From an uncultured Nitrospinaceae bacterium (lineage in GTDB: Bacteria > UBA8248): DNA of 64,000 nt. The stretch is taken from the NCBI GenBank assembly GCA_964005815.1, contig CAXFSR010000063.1:35560-99559 (forward strand). Direction: 5' to 3'. This document shows, piece after piece, positions 40,401 to 48,782 of this stretch; the first letter of the stretch is position 1; every line of letters begins with the position of its first letter. A program made the position numbers and the translations under genes. The notes beneath the pieces were generated by a model. That model was not told where the DNA came from, ran no database searches, and was given only the letters and a program-made list of their open reading frames with translations.

Positions 40401-42160
40401 AAGCTACTCAAAAAGGATATTTAGCAGCAATTCTTGCCCCTGCGTACATTCATCCAAAATTTGATGAACTGAAATTAGACTCAAAGAAAATTAAAGAAGC
40501 ATACAATGCAATGGGTTGGGGACTTTACTATGCTGGAAAAAGTGAAGAAGCCCTTAAACGATTCGAAGAATATTTTTCTAACGGCGGGAAAAATATTAGT
40601 GGATTAATAGGAAAAGGAAGATCTCAACTTGCTCTTGGAAAAGCAAAAGATGCTGAAAAAACATTCACGAAAGCCCTTGGAGAAAATAAATATATTACAG
40701 CTCAACTATGGATTGGGTGGGCTCAGTTAAAATCCGACAAAGTTAAAGAAGCAGAGAAAACTTTCCGATCAGTCTTAAAAAGGATTCCAGGACACTACTC
40801 TGCCAGCGCTGGTCTAGCGCGAATACAGTACCGCAAAACACGAATCGTAAAGGATGCTTGGAAAGAATACTCAAAAAAGAATTACAAAGAAGCTCTTGAA
40901 AAATTTAATACTCAAAGAAAAGAAGCATTAAAAAGCAGAAATCCTGCTGCAGAAGATGGAAGAGGATGGACACTTCTTGCATTAGACAAGCCTAAAGAAG
41001 CACTTAAAGCATTTCAAGCAGCATTAAAAATTGACAAACGATTCTTTTATTCTAGAAGTGGATTGATAGCGGCACAAAGAGCTTCTTTCACCAGTTACAA
41101 TAAAGCATGGATCCAGGCAAACTCGGGAAAATTCAAAGAATCAGAAAAGAATTTTAAAATCGCAAAAAAAGAAGCCTCAAAGCAATTGCTATGGCTTATC
41201 GAAGAAGGATTGGGTTGGCTTGCCTACTACAAAAAAGATTTTGACACAGCAAAAAAAACTTTCACTAAAGTTCTAAAAGATAAACCTGAAGCTTATCTTT
41301 CGCAAAAAGGACTAGGTTTTATAGCACTTGAAAAAGGGGATTTTGATACTGCATTAAAACAACTAAGAGCCTCACTTGAAAAAAATCCTTATCAACCGAT
41401 TAGTTCATTTACAATCCCAGCAAGAAAATTTCTTGAGAAAAATAAATATGTAAAAATAAAGGAACTACTTACTCTAGGCGAAAGAACTTATCCACGATCT
41501 GCTGACATTCAATTTCTTTTAGCTAAAGCGTATAAAGGACTAGGAAATGAAAAGAAAGCGACTGAAAAAGGTTATATAGCCGCAATTCTTGCCCCTGCCT
41601 ACATACATCCAAAATTTGACGAATTAAAATTAGACTCCGAGAAAGTAAAAGAAGCTTTTAATGCAATGGGTTGGGGTCTTTACTTCTCAAGAAAAAATAA
41701 AGAAGCGTTAGAAAGATTCAATCAATATATTGAATCTGGTGGCTCAAATCCTAATGCGAAAAGAGGATTATCTTTTGCTTTATTTCGACTCAAGAAATAC
41801 AAAAAATCTATACCTGGACTTATCAAGGCTGCTAGCCTTGAACCTAAAACTCTAAAACCAATAACAGAAATGATATTGCTACCTGGGACAAAAAGAAAAT
41901 GGCCTATACGATATAGTGCGAAATCAACTCTTGCTTGGGCTTATTTTCGAATTGGAAATACAGAAAAAGCAGAAAAACAATTCCAGAAAGTCATTCAAAA
42001 AAATCCTTTTTCTTTAGACGCTCTAACTGGCCTGGGATACGTTTCTTTGAAATTGAAAAAAACAAAAAAGGCCAAGAAATATTTCCAAGATGCGTTAAAA
42101 ACTAATCCTTATTACCCTGATGCTAAACGCGGAATGAAATTGATAAAGGCAAAGAAGTGA
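37496..42160 (+). CDS. Giant exported TPR-repeat protein (~1550 aa; likely start TTG 37511 after GGGAGG)
   Basis: Sec-type signal (KLIAVLFLIALFCTSIPFSEA); many TPR units with GxGW/GLAW; three internal ~385-aa repeats. Confidence 0.9.
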   Translation: MGGPQLKELNKIKLIAVLFLIALFCTSIPFSEAFFSIFKGKEQKEVEEISSEDATEFFTKKKYLKAKEAFVKLVNKDPDDLDNQGMLGWCEFMLDNHVAAQNIFRKIAKKDNGNFDGQLGMAWTHIKLGNYKKAKPYLQTAKDAAENWQAYMVLDAEGWLNAKLGNLKKAKELFGNEDGVLEDWQEDNMPADGRVGLAWAFMKEKKYKKAKEEFKEGLDRDEKCFFCHDGLARIALQSKNYEEALEQTVKGLKIVHFNNGLLSLLDTIFLTIKDTDKKIKILKELIETHSDDPKYLYVSRLAYVQMAAQKTKEAEKIFQLILKKDSGNFLARIGLSRIQYKKKKIVEDAWKEYARGEFEEALKKFNAKREEAKKKGNPAAEDGRGWTLLALEKPKKAYDAFQTALKIDKRFFFSYSGLIASQRLSFPTYNAAWRLTNYGKFKDAAETFQKARKEIPVKYHWLIDEGLGWIHYYKKDYSAAEKAFNNSIKIEKDAFLSHKGLAYVALENDNFEKAEKELMTSLGSNPSQVISTYIFPAQKFLKAKQFLKAKELLSLGERTYKFSADIQFLLARAFKGLKDPATASQKAMKAVKLAPAYVHPKFNDLELDPETIKDAYKHMGWGLYYAGKSKDALKRFDEYFSAGGEDNSAKLGKAWVLVALKKTEDAIELFEESLGDGEKKNISALLGIGWAKLKSDEVEEAEKRFRTVLKRIPGHYSASAGLARIQYRKTRIVKDAWKEYSKKNYKEALEKFNSKREDAEENNNPAAEDGRGWTLLALDKPKKAIKAFRAALKIDKQFFYSRSGLIAAQRKSLVSYSQAWGLLNIGRFKEALKSFQKARKETSPQLQWLVDDGLAWLAYYKKDYETAERIFSEILKKKPEAYLSQKGLGFVALQKEDFDNALKHLTASLEKNPYQPINSFTIPAVKFLKKKKYIKIKQLLTLGERTYPRSADIQFLLAKAYKGLGNEKKATQKGYLAAILAPAYIHPKFDELKLDSKKIKEAYNAMGWGLYYAGKSEEALKRFEEYFSNGGKNISGLIGKGRSQLALGKAKDAEKTFTKALGENKYITAQLWIGWAQLKSDKVKEAEKTFRSVLKRIPGHYSASAGLARIQYRKTRIVKDAWKEYSKKNYKEALEKFNTQRKEALKSRNPAAEDGRGWTLLALDKPKEALKAFQAALKIDKRFFYSRSGLIAAQRASFTSYNKAWIQANSGKFKESEKNFKIAKKEASKQLLWLIEEGLGWLAYYKKDFDTAKKTFTKVLKDKPEAYLSQKGLGFIALEKGDFDTALKQLRASLEKNPYQPISSFTIPARKFLEKNKYVKIKELLTLGERTYPRSADIQFLLAKAYKGLGNEKKATEKGYIAAILAPAYIHPKFDELKLDSEKVKEAFNAMGWGLYFSRKNKEALERFNQYIESGGSNPNAKRGLSFALFRLKKYKKSIPGLIKAASLEPKTLKPITEMILLPGTKRKWPIRYSAKSTLAWAYFRIGNTEKAEKQFQKVIQKNPFSLDALTGLGYVSLKLKKTKKAKKYFQDALKTNPYYPDAKRGMKLIKAKK
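38470..41780 (+). repeat. Three tandem ~1.16 kb (385-387 aa) macro-repeats inside the TPR gene; boundaries approximate
   Basis: DAWKEY starts at 38537, 39698, 40853 (spacing 1161 and 1155 bp); 39615-39750 is nearly identical to 40770-40905. Confidence 0.9.
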
Positions 42161-42474
42161 AAACACAAAAAAAGAAAGACACCATATGGAAACTTCATGT
42201 ACGAGCTCGTTTAGATAGCAACCCAGTAAATGGGACAAATGGGAAAGGTGGAGGAGTTTTATTTGACACATATACTGCTGCACTCTTAACTTGCAATCCT
42301 ACAGCATGGAGCCTTTTAAAACTCCTTTCTTCTGGAGCAACACTACAGGAACTATCTTTAGCGCTTACAAAGGAATATGAAGTTTCGAAAAAAAAAGCTG
42401 ACCAAGACATTCAAAACTTATTGAAACAACTTGAATACATGGGATTAATAGATAGTGCGAAAGAAGAAAAATAA
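42157..42474 (+). CDS. Stand-alone PqqD family protein (RiPP recognition element)
   Basis: VLFDTYTAALLTCNPTAWSLLKLL..GATLQEL...LTKEYEVS...ADQDIQNLLKQL..MGLI; GTGA overlap with the TPR stop. Confidence 0.85.
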   Translation: MKTQKKKDTIWKLHVRARLDSNPVNGTNGKGGGVLFDTYTAALLTCNPTAWSLLKLLSSGATLQELSLALTKEYEVSKKKADQDIQNLLKQLEYMGLIDSAKEEK

Positions 42475-44602
42475 AATCCGAGTTGCTGTTTCCGGATTTT
42501 CAGGTTTAGACAATCCTGAACCTGGGAATGCAGTTGCCAGAGCACTTAGATATGATCTAGGAAATAATATAGACATAGAAGGTTTGACCTATGATGTCTG
42601 GTCTTCTGGAGCTTGGCCTTCAGGATTAATAGATCGACTCCATCTTATGCCACCCCTATCTTCTGGTGACCATGCAACACTAAATAGAATTCTTGAAATA
42701 AATGCCAAACGACCGATAGATGCAATTATTCCGTGCCTTGATTTGGAGGTAGAAACGTATTCCAGGCTTTCTAGACAATTAGAAAGAAATGGAATTAAAA
42801 CATTGCTTCCAAACCAAGAAGACTTAGATTCTATCAAAAAGATATCACTACCATATTTTTGCTACAAGAATGACATCTTAACCCCAAATACCATTCATGT
42901 ACCGGACATTACGAATGTTGCTTTTTACGCTGACCAAATTGGATATCCTCTGATGGTAAAAGGAACTGTTGCAGACTCTAAAAAAGTCCATTCTAGAGAA
43001 AATGCAATTTATGAGGCTTCTCGCTTAAATGCAAAATGGGGAGGTGGGGTGCTGCTTCAGCCTTTTATAGAGGGTGACGAGTATGTTGTTGCCGTTGTCT
43101 GTCGTCATGACAATTCAATACTCGGAATGACTCCAGTAAGGAAACTAGGAATTAATGAAAGAGGGAAAGGAGTTGTTGGTTCAGTTATTGAAGATCCTCA
43201 GTTAGAAAAGCATGCTAGAGGAATAATAAAAAAACTACACTGGCGTGGTCCATTGGAATTAGAGTTCATAAGAAAACAGCAAGAATCAGGACAATTTTAT
43301 CTTATAGAAATAAATTGCAGATTTCCAAATTGGATAGTCGTTTCAGAATTTGCAGGGTGCAATCTCCCAGGACTCCTGCTTCGTGAAATCTTAGAACCAC
43401 GACGTCGTAGAATTCCAAAACCGAGACCTGGCACTGCTTATGTTCGTGATACATATGAATATTCTATATCTGCTGATTTGATCGATAAATTCGGTCGCTT
43501 CGGAGAGATATCTGCACCTATTACAAACAATCATAAAAAGATAAATTCTTCGAAAAATGGTTACAAAATTGCTATTACTGGGATAAGTTCTTTTGATGTC
43601 GTTATGCCTGGACTTGGGGTTGCCAAATCACTCCGAAATGAACCTGAAATAGAAGAACTTTATGGCTTAGGATATGGTCCATATGATTCTGGTGCTCACA
43701 ATCCTTCCCTATTTGACTCTATTTATAGACTGCCTGATACAGACAATGAATCTGATCTCACAAATTGCATAAAGCAAATAAAAGACAATTCAGGTCTTGA
43801 TGTCGTTCTTCCTTGTCTAGATCATGAAATAGAAAAATTCATTACAATAGAAGACAATCTCAAGGAAATAGGTGTTGAAATGTTATTGCCTACCCTGAAA
43901 ACTTACAAAAATCGTTCAAAAAAACATCTACACAATATGAAACAAAAGGATTGGACTGCTTTTAGGATTCCTGATAGCGAAATAGTAGTAAATGATAAAC
44001 AGTTTTATCGTTCGCTAAAAAATTTAGGTTTTCCTCTTGTACTAAAAGGCATAAATGGTGGTTCAGAAAAAGTTTATAATTACCAACATGCTCACGCTGT
44101 TTGGCTAGAAATGAAAAATAATGGACATGAAGAAATTCTTGTACAAAAATTTATTGCTGGAGATGAATTCACAGTTGCTGGAGTATGTGATCATAGATCT
44201 AAGCTATTACAAATAGTAGCAGTAAAAAAACTTGTCCAATGTGAAAAGGGAAATACTTGGGGTGCAATTAAAGTTTCCTTACCAGGACTAACTGAAAATC
44301 TGGCTTCCTACCTTCTAAAACTCCAATGGAAAGGACCATTTGAACTTGAATTTATTAGAGATATTACAAAAGAGACTTTGAATCTAATTGAAATCAATCC
44401 CCGCTTCCCTGCTTGGATTGGTTTTACATGTGATCTAGGCATCAACTTACCGTTAACTACAATACTTTCAATTTTTGGGACGGAAACATTTCCAAAAGAA
44501 ACAAATGAGAATTTAATTTTTCTTCGATCTTGTCATGAATATAAAGTAGAAGCAGAAAGGTTTGCCCTGTACGCATCGAGAGGAATTTTACATCATGAGT
44601 AA
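42455..44602 (+). CDS. Tandem two-module ATP-grasp ligase
   Basis: Duplicated N-terminal motif (VAVSGFSGLDNPEPG / IAITGISSFDVVMPG), PCLD x2, GYPLMVKG / GFPLVLKG, WRGPLELEF / WKGPFELEF, EINCRFP / EINPRFP. Confidence 0.9.
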   Translation: MRKKKNKIRVAVSGFSGLDNPEPGNAVARALRYDLGNNIDIEGLTYDVWSSGAWPSGLIDRLHLMPPLSSGDHATLNRILEINAKRPIDAIIPCLDLEVETYSRLSRQLERNGIKTLLPNQEDLDSIKKISLPYFCYKNDILTPNTIHVPDITNVAFYADQIGYPLMVKGTVADSKKVHSRENAIYEASRLNAKWGGGVLLQPFIEGDEYVVAVVCRHDNSILGMTPVRKLGINERGKGVVGSVIEDPQLEKHARGIIKKLHWRGPLELEFIRKQQESGQFYLIEINCRFPNWIVVSEFAGCNLPGLLLREILEPRRRRIPKPRPGTAYVRDTYEYSISADLIDKFGRFGEISAPITNNHKKINSSKNGYKIAITGISSFDVVMPGLGVAKSLRNEPEIEELYGLGYGPYDSGAHNPSLFDSIYRLPDTDNESDLTNCIKQIKDNSGLDVVLPCLDHEIEKFITIEDNLKEIGVEMLLPTLKTYKNRSKKHLHNMKQKDWTAFRIPDSEIVVNDKQFYRSLKNLGFPLVLKGINGGSEKVYNYQHAHAVWLEMKNNGHEEILVQKFIAGDEFTVAGVCDHRSKLLQIVAVKKLVQCEKGNTWGAIKVSLPGLTENLASYLLKLQWKGPFELEFIRDITKETLNLIEINPRFPAWIGFTCDLGINLPLTTILSIFGTETFPKETNENLIFLRSCHEYKVEAERFALYASRGILHHE

Positions 44603-45992
44603 ACTCAAACAATATGAAACTCCACTACTTGAGTATCTTTCTGTAAATTCAATCGGGAAACATAGACTTCTCGAAGTGTCGGATCAAATCCGTGATGAAA
44701 ATGAAATGACTTCTCTTTTAGAACCATACGATCTGAATCAAATAATCTCTGAATTTGGATCCCCAGTTTTTATTATTTCTGAAAATACATTGCGATCACA
44801 ATTCAAACAATTCAGGGACACATTCACTACATCCGGTGTTGATACTAAGATTGCTTACTCATATAAAACCAATTACTTACCAGCAGTTTGTTCGATTCTT
44901 CATGAAGAAGGAGCTTTAGCAGAGGTAGTCTCGGGTATGGAGTATTCCCTTGCCAAATCTCTTGGAGTATCACCAGGAAACATCATTTTTAATGGTCCGC
45001 ATAAAACTAATTCTGAATTAGAGATCGCCCTCAAAGAAGGTGCGTTAGTTAATATAGACAACTTTGAAGAATTAAATAGGGTTATACAAATAGCTTCCAA
45101 ATTCAAGAATCCAATTGGAATTGGATTACGAGTCAATTTTATTTACGACACAAATTCTTGGACAAAATTTGGATTTAATATAGAAAATGGAGATTGTCAA
45201 AAAGCGCTTGAAATTATTTCTACTCACTCTAAGCTCAAACTGGATACTTTGCATTTTCACGGCGGAACATATGTAATGGACCCGAATATATACAAATATG
45301 GCGCAAGCAAATTACTTGCCATAATAGGCGAAGCAAAAAAATTAGGAATACATCCCAAATCTATTGACCTTGGAGGTGGATTTCCCTCTGGGAATCAACT
45401 AAAACCAGAATTCAATGGCCAACAAAAGATACCAAATCAAAAAGTAACTTATGCGCCCTATGCTGAAAGAATTTTGAATCAAATTAAAAAAGAAAAAGAA
45501 CTTTTCGATGGAAAACCCACTCTTATTCTAGAACCAGGAAGAGCGATTATTGACTCTCCTTGTTTTCTAGCATGCACTGTAATTTCAAAAAAAGAGATCC
45601 TCAATCAAGGAACTGCAGTAGTTGTCGATGCAGGAGTAAATATACTTCCTACTGCATACTGGTACAATCATAATGTTCAGACACCAAAAGAGAGAGAAGA
45701 AGTAGTAGAAAATCTTCATCCCGTTCGAATTTATGGTCCATTATGTATGCAAATTGATGTTTTAAGGGATCGAGTCCTCCTTCCAGAATTAGAAGTAGGT
45801 TCGCCATTACTGTTTTCTAACGTTGGTGCTTATTGCCTTACACAATCGATGCAGTTCATTCAGACAAGACCTCCTGTAGTACTCCTTGGCCCTAATGGTC
45901 CAGAACTGATTCGTAGAAAGGAAAAATGGGAGGACGTTTTTGCTTTAGACCTTGTACCTAAACGATTACGACAACCTGGACATGAATTTTAA
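44595..45992 (+). CDS. PLP-dependent group IV decarboxylase (LysA/ODC/BtrK fold), substrate unknown
   Basis: YSYKTN (PLP Lys), NGPHK, HFHGG, DLGGGF, EPGRA, GPLCMQID, GAY; ATG 44595 overlaps the ATP-grasp stop. Confidence 0.88.
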   Translation: MSKLKQYETPLLEYLSVNSIGKHRLLEVSDQIRDENEMTSLLEPYDLNQIISEFGSPVFIISENTLRSQFKQFRDTFTTSGVDTKIAYSYKTNYLPAVCSILHEEGALAEVVSGMEYSLAKSLGVSPGNIIFNGPHKTNSELEIALKEGALVNIDNFEELNRVIQIASKFKNPIGIGLRVNFIYDTNSWTKFGFNIENGDCQKALEIISTHSKLKLDTLHFHGGTYVMDPNIYKYGASKLLAIIGEAKKLGIHPKSIDLGGGFPSGNQLKPEFNGQQKIPNQKVTYAPYAERILNQIKKEKELFDGKPTLILEPGRAIIDSPCFLACTVISKKEILNQGTAVVVDAGVNILPTAYWYNHNVQTPKEREEVVENLHPVRIYGPLCMQIDVLRDRVLLPELEVGSPLLFSNVGAYCLTQSMQFIQTRPPVVLLGPNGPELIRRKEKWEDVFALDLVPKRLRQPGHEF

Positions 45993-47589
45993 AAAATCTA
46001 CGAACGCCATTTTTTCTAGCCTAGCCCAAGTAGCATTCTCTAACAAACCAATCAATGGTCTTCTTATTTTATTTGCCATTTTTTTTGTATCTCCATTCGG
46101 CGCAGTGGGTGCGTTTATCGGTGCATTGGCAGGGGTAGCATCTATCAGACCAAATTACAGAGAAAATAATATTTCTTGGTCACTGGGAATCCTTGGATAC
46201 AATCCGGCTATACTTGGAATCATTTGGGGCAATACTCTTTCTAGGCTTGATTCAAAGAGTATTCTTTTTTTACCTTTCATTTTTTTATGTATAGCGATAG
46301 ATAGACACACAAGACCTTATTTCGAACGTTTGAATATTCCGCCATTAGCATTTTCATCTCTTATTACTGCATGGATCTGTGAGATACTTTTCTTACTTTT
46401 TGGAGATTCTTTTTGGATAGCTTCGAATACAATTTCTTTCGGTAGTATAGGACCTATAATCTGTGTTTCGCTCGTTGCAATAGTTCTTATCTTGGAAGCA
46501 CCCTTTCCTGCTTTCCTATCTATCTTAATGGTTTCTGTCTTTTCCTTCATTTCAGGACAATTGATTACTAGTAACTGGATCGGACCAGTTTCACTTTGGG
46601 GATTTACTGTAGCTCCTGCATTTTTCTGCTGCTATGCAATTTTTCTTCCCAATTCTAGAATTGGATTTAAAACTGGAATTCTAGCGACTTTATCTTCAAG
46701 TCTTATATGGATTGTTTTTTATCTTTTTAATTTCAAATGGGTACCCGAACCATTAATGATGCCATTTGTTCTAGGAACATGGATCTCAATGCATTTTATG
46801 TTAAGAAACAAAGATAAATCGAAACTCTCCTTAAACCCTTTGGTATGGGAGTGCGTAAGAAAAATAAAAGAAATAAAAAAAACAGGTGGAAATACAATTG
46901 TTCTTTCTGGAGCAGGAATTAGTACCGCATCTGGAATACCCGATTATACGTCAGGAGTCTGGTTGCCACGAGGCGACTCAGTAACAGAGTATGAATACAA
47001 TAATTTTTTAACTGTACCTCTTTCGAGAAAGAAATATTGGTCTGCCTGCTCAAATTTTAAGAATATATCAAGCAAATCACTCCCCAACATTGCTCACAAA
47101 GTATTGGCAGATTTAGAGAAAAAAGGATTGATAAATGGAATTGTGACTCAAAACGTCGACGGACTACATCAAAAAGCAGGATCTGAAAATGTTATTGAAT
47201 TACATGGAAATATTCAAAAAATTAAATGTTTGAATTGCCAACATGAAACAAGTTGGCCTCAACTAGCCAGATGGGAAAATTCAGAAATGGTCTGCGATAT
47301 ATGCAATGGACTTCTCAAGCCTTCGGTAATAGCAATAGGAGAAAACTTAAATATTAATGATTGGGAAACTTCGAAAGAAATTTTCAGAACTTGCGATTGT
47401 CTTATTGTGATCGGAACACAATTGAAAATTTCTTCTGTATCTGAACTAGTAGCAGACGCAAGGAGAAATAGCGCCAGAATAATTGTCATCAATCCTTCTT
47501 CAACAGGGATGCCTATTTTCGATGGAGATACATACCTACCCTTCCCGTCTGAAAAGGTATTGCCATCTGTAAGTCTACTTCTTGAATAA
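45982..47589 (+). CDS. Urea-transporter-family membrane domain fused to an NAD-dependent sirtuin (Sir2/CobB) deacylase domain
   Basis: N-half: LAQVAFSNKPINGLLIL, GILGYN, PLMMPFVLGTW. C-half from ~46891: SGAGISTASGIPDY, TQNVDGLH, ELHG, CLNC/CDIC, IGT, INP. Single open frame. Confidence 0.85.
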   Translation: MNFKKSTNAIFSSLAQVAFSNKPINGLLILFAIFFVSPFGAVGAFIGALAGVASIRPNYRENNISWSLGILGYNPAILGIIWGNTLSRLDSKSILFLPFIFLCIAIDRHTRPYFERLNIPPLAFSSLITAWICEILFLLFGDSFWIASNTISFGSIGPIICVSLVAIVLILEAPFPAFLSILMVSVFSFISGQLITSNWIGPVSLWGFTVAPAFFCCYAIFLPNSRIGFKTGILATLSSSLIWIVFYLFNFKWVPEPLMMPFVLGTWISMHFMLRNKDKSKLSLNPLVWECVRKIKEIKKTGGNTIVLSGAGISTASGIPDYTSGVWLPRGDSVTEYEYNNFLTVPLSRKKYWSACSNFKNISSKSLPNIAHKVLADLEKKGLINGIVTQNVDGLHQKAGSENVIELHGNIQKIKCLNCQHETSWPQLARWENSEMVCDICNGLLKPSVIAIGENLNINDWETSKEIFRTCDCLIVIGTQLKISSVSELVADARRNSARIIVINPSSTGMPIFDGDTYLPFPSEKVLPSVSLLLE

Positions 47590-47605
47590 AAGCCATCACA
47601 ATTTA

Positions 47606-47797
47606 TCAGACAGAATCTAATCTCAATGCTTTGAAATTCTTTATTTCTTCGTCTGACGAATAATAGGAAATTTGTATTGCCTGACAGCAAACCTCGCAAT
47701 CTTCTATATATTCTTGAATGCCTGAAGAAAGATCGAAAAGCATCGAAATTTTTTGCAGGCAATAAGGACAAAGAAAAAAATGCTCAATTTCTTGCAA
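47606..47797 (-). CDS. CPXCG-motif cysteine-rich small protein
   Basis: CPYC...QEYIEDCEVCCQAI. Confidence 0.85.
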   Translation of the reverse strand: MQEIEHFFLCPYCLQKISMLFDLSSGIQEYIEDCEVCCQAIQISYYSSDEEIKNFKALRLDSV

Positions 47798-47829
47798 AGT
47801 AAATCCTTAAAACTGTTTATGAAATTATT

Positions 47830-48678
47830 CTATTTACCCGAAATTCCCGATGAAATATTTTTTGCCACCCCCAATATAGAAAGCATAAAAGAAAACCAAA
47901 AATTGAAGACCAAAAAAACAAAATAAATCACCAAAGGATAAGCTAAACCAATACAGAGAAATGCAAAAGCAAAAACTAGCGTCATAGAATCATAAATATC
48001 ATTAGAAAATAATAGAAACCGAATAAAAAGAAATGCAGCAGAAACAATTAAAAGCCTAGAGGTCAATTCCTCAAAATACAACATGACCTTTAATGGAAGA
48101 GTAAGAATACAGATAGCATCTTCTGCAGACGTATTATCCTTCGATATTTGAACATTAATACGTTCTGGATTGGCAATCGGAACGGTTGCAAGAAAATGGA
48201 TAAGAGCTAATATCCACATACCGACCATCACGAATGGAAGTATATATTCTCCAAAACCTAAAAAAACATCCAGATTTCCAAATAGCAACACAGAAAGGAG
48301 AAAAAAGAAAAATCCTCCCAAAATATATGAAATTGAAAGTAACCTCATAATCGCATCATCGCTAAGACTTGTTTTATTGGCAGAAATTAAGTTTTTACAT
48401 GCACCATGAAATTTCTCTCCCATATAATTGAAAATGAGAAGTATCGGCACAGCAAAAATAAGAGACAGTAAAAAGTATATAAATCCTAACTTAAGAGTAT
48501 TAAGAAGGAACAAAACGATCGTAATTAAAATTAAAGGTGCGTAAATTTTGTTAAGGTGCAATAAAAGAAAATCACAAACTTTTCCACTTATTTTTTTTCC
48601 AATAAATTCTATTGCCTTATCAATGAAACCGTTTACCCCATCTAAAATTTTGACAAAGTTATCCATAAATTCCTCCAA
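47830..48678 (-). CDS. Hypothetical multi-pass membrane protein
   Basis: 282-aa ORF with about 6 hydrophobic segments; no family recognised. Confidence 0.7.
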   Translation of the reverse strand: MEEFMDNFVKILDGVNGFIDKAIEFIGKKISGKVCDFLLLHLNKIYAPLILITIVLFLLNTLKLGFIYFLLSLIFAVPILLIFNYMGEKFHGACKNLISANKTSLSDDAIMRLLSISYILGGFFFFLLSVLLFGNLDVFLGFGEYILPFVMVGMWILALIHFLATVPIANPERINVQISKDNTSAEDAICILTLPLKVMLYFEELTSRLLIVSAAFLFIRFLLFSNDIYDSMTLVFAFAFLCIGLAYPLVIYFVFLVFNFWFSFMLSILGVAKNISSGISGK

Positions 48679-48782
48679 AATTTAAAGATTTGTAATTGGC
48701 AATTTTAAAATAAAAAGATCTATTTTAGGGCAGAAAAAATGAAATAACTCATAAGAAAAATTGTTGTATTTATACTAAAACA

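Noticed and set aside
42157..44602. PQQ biosynthesis or graspetide (microviridin-type) cluster
   Set aside because: No pqqA/B/C/E; the ATP-grasp does not look RimK/MvdD-like and no repeat-core precursor is visible.
46891..47589. Sir2 domain as an antiphage NADase (Thoeris/DSR-type defence)
   Set aside because: It keeps the Zn-finger and CobB-type deacylase motifs, and its neighbours are biosynthetic enzymes, not defence genes.
47606..47797. CPXCG small protein as the operon's precursor peptide
   Set aside because: Convergent on the opposite strand and belongs to a widespread Zn-ribbon-like family.
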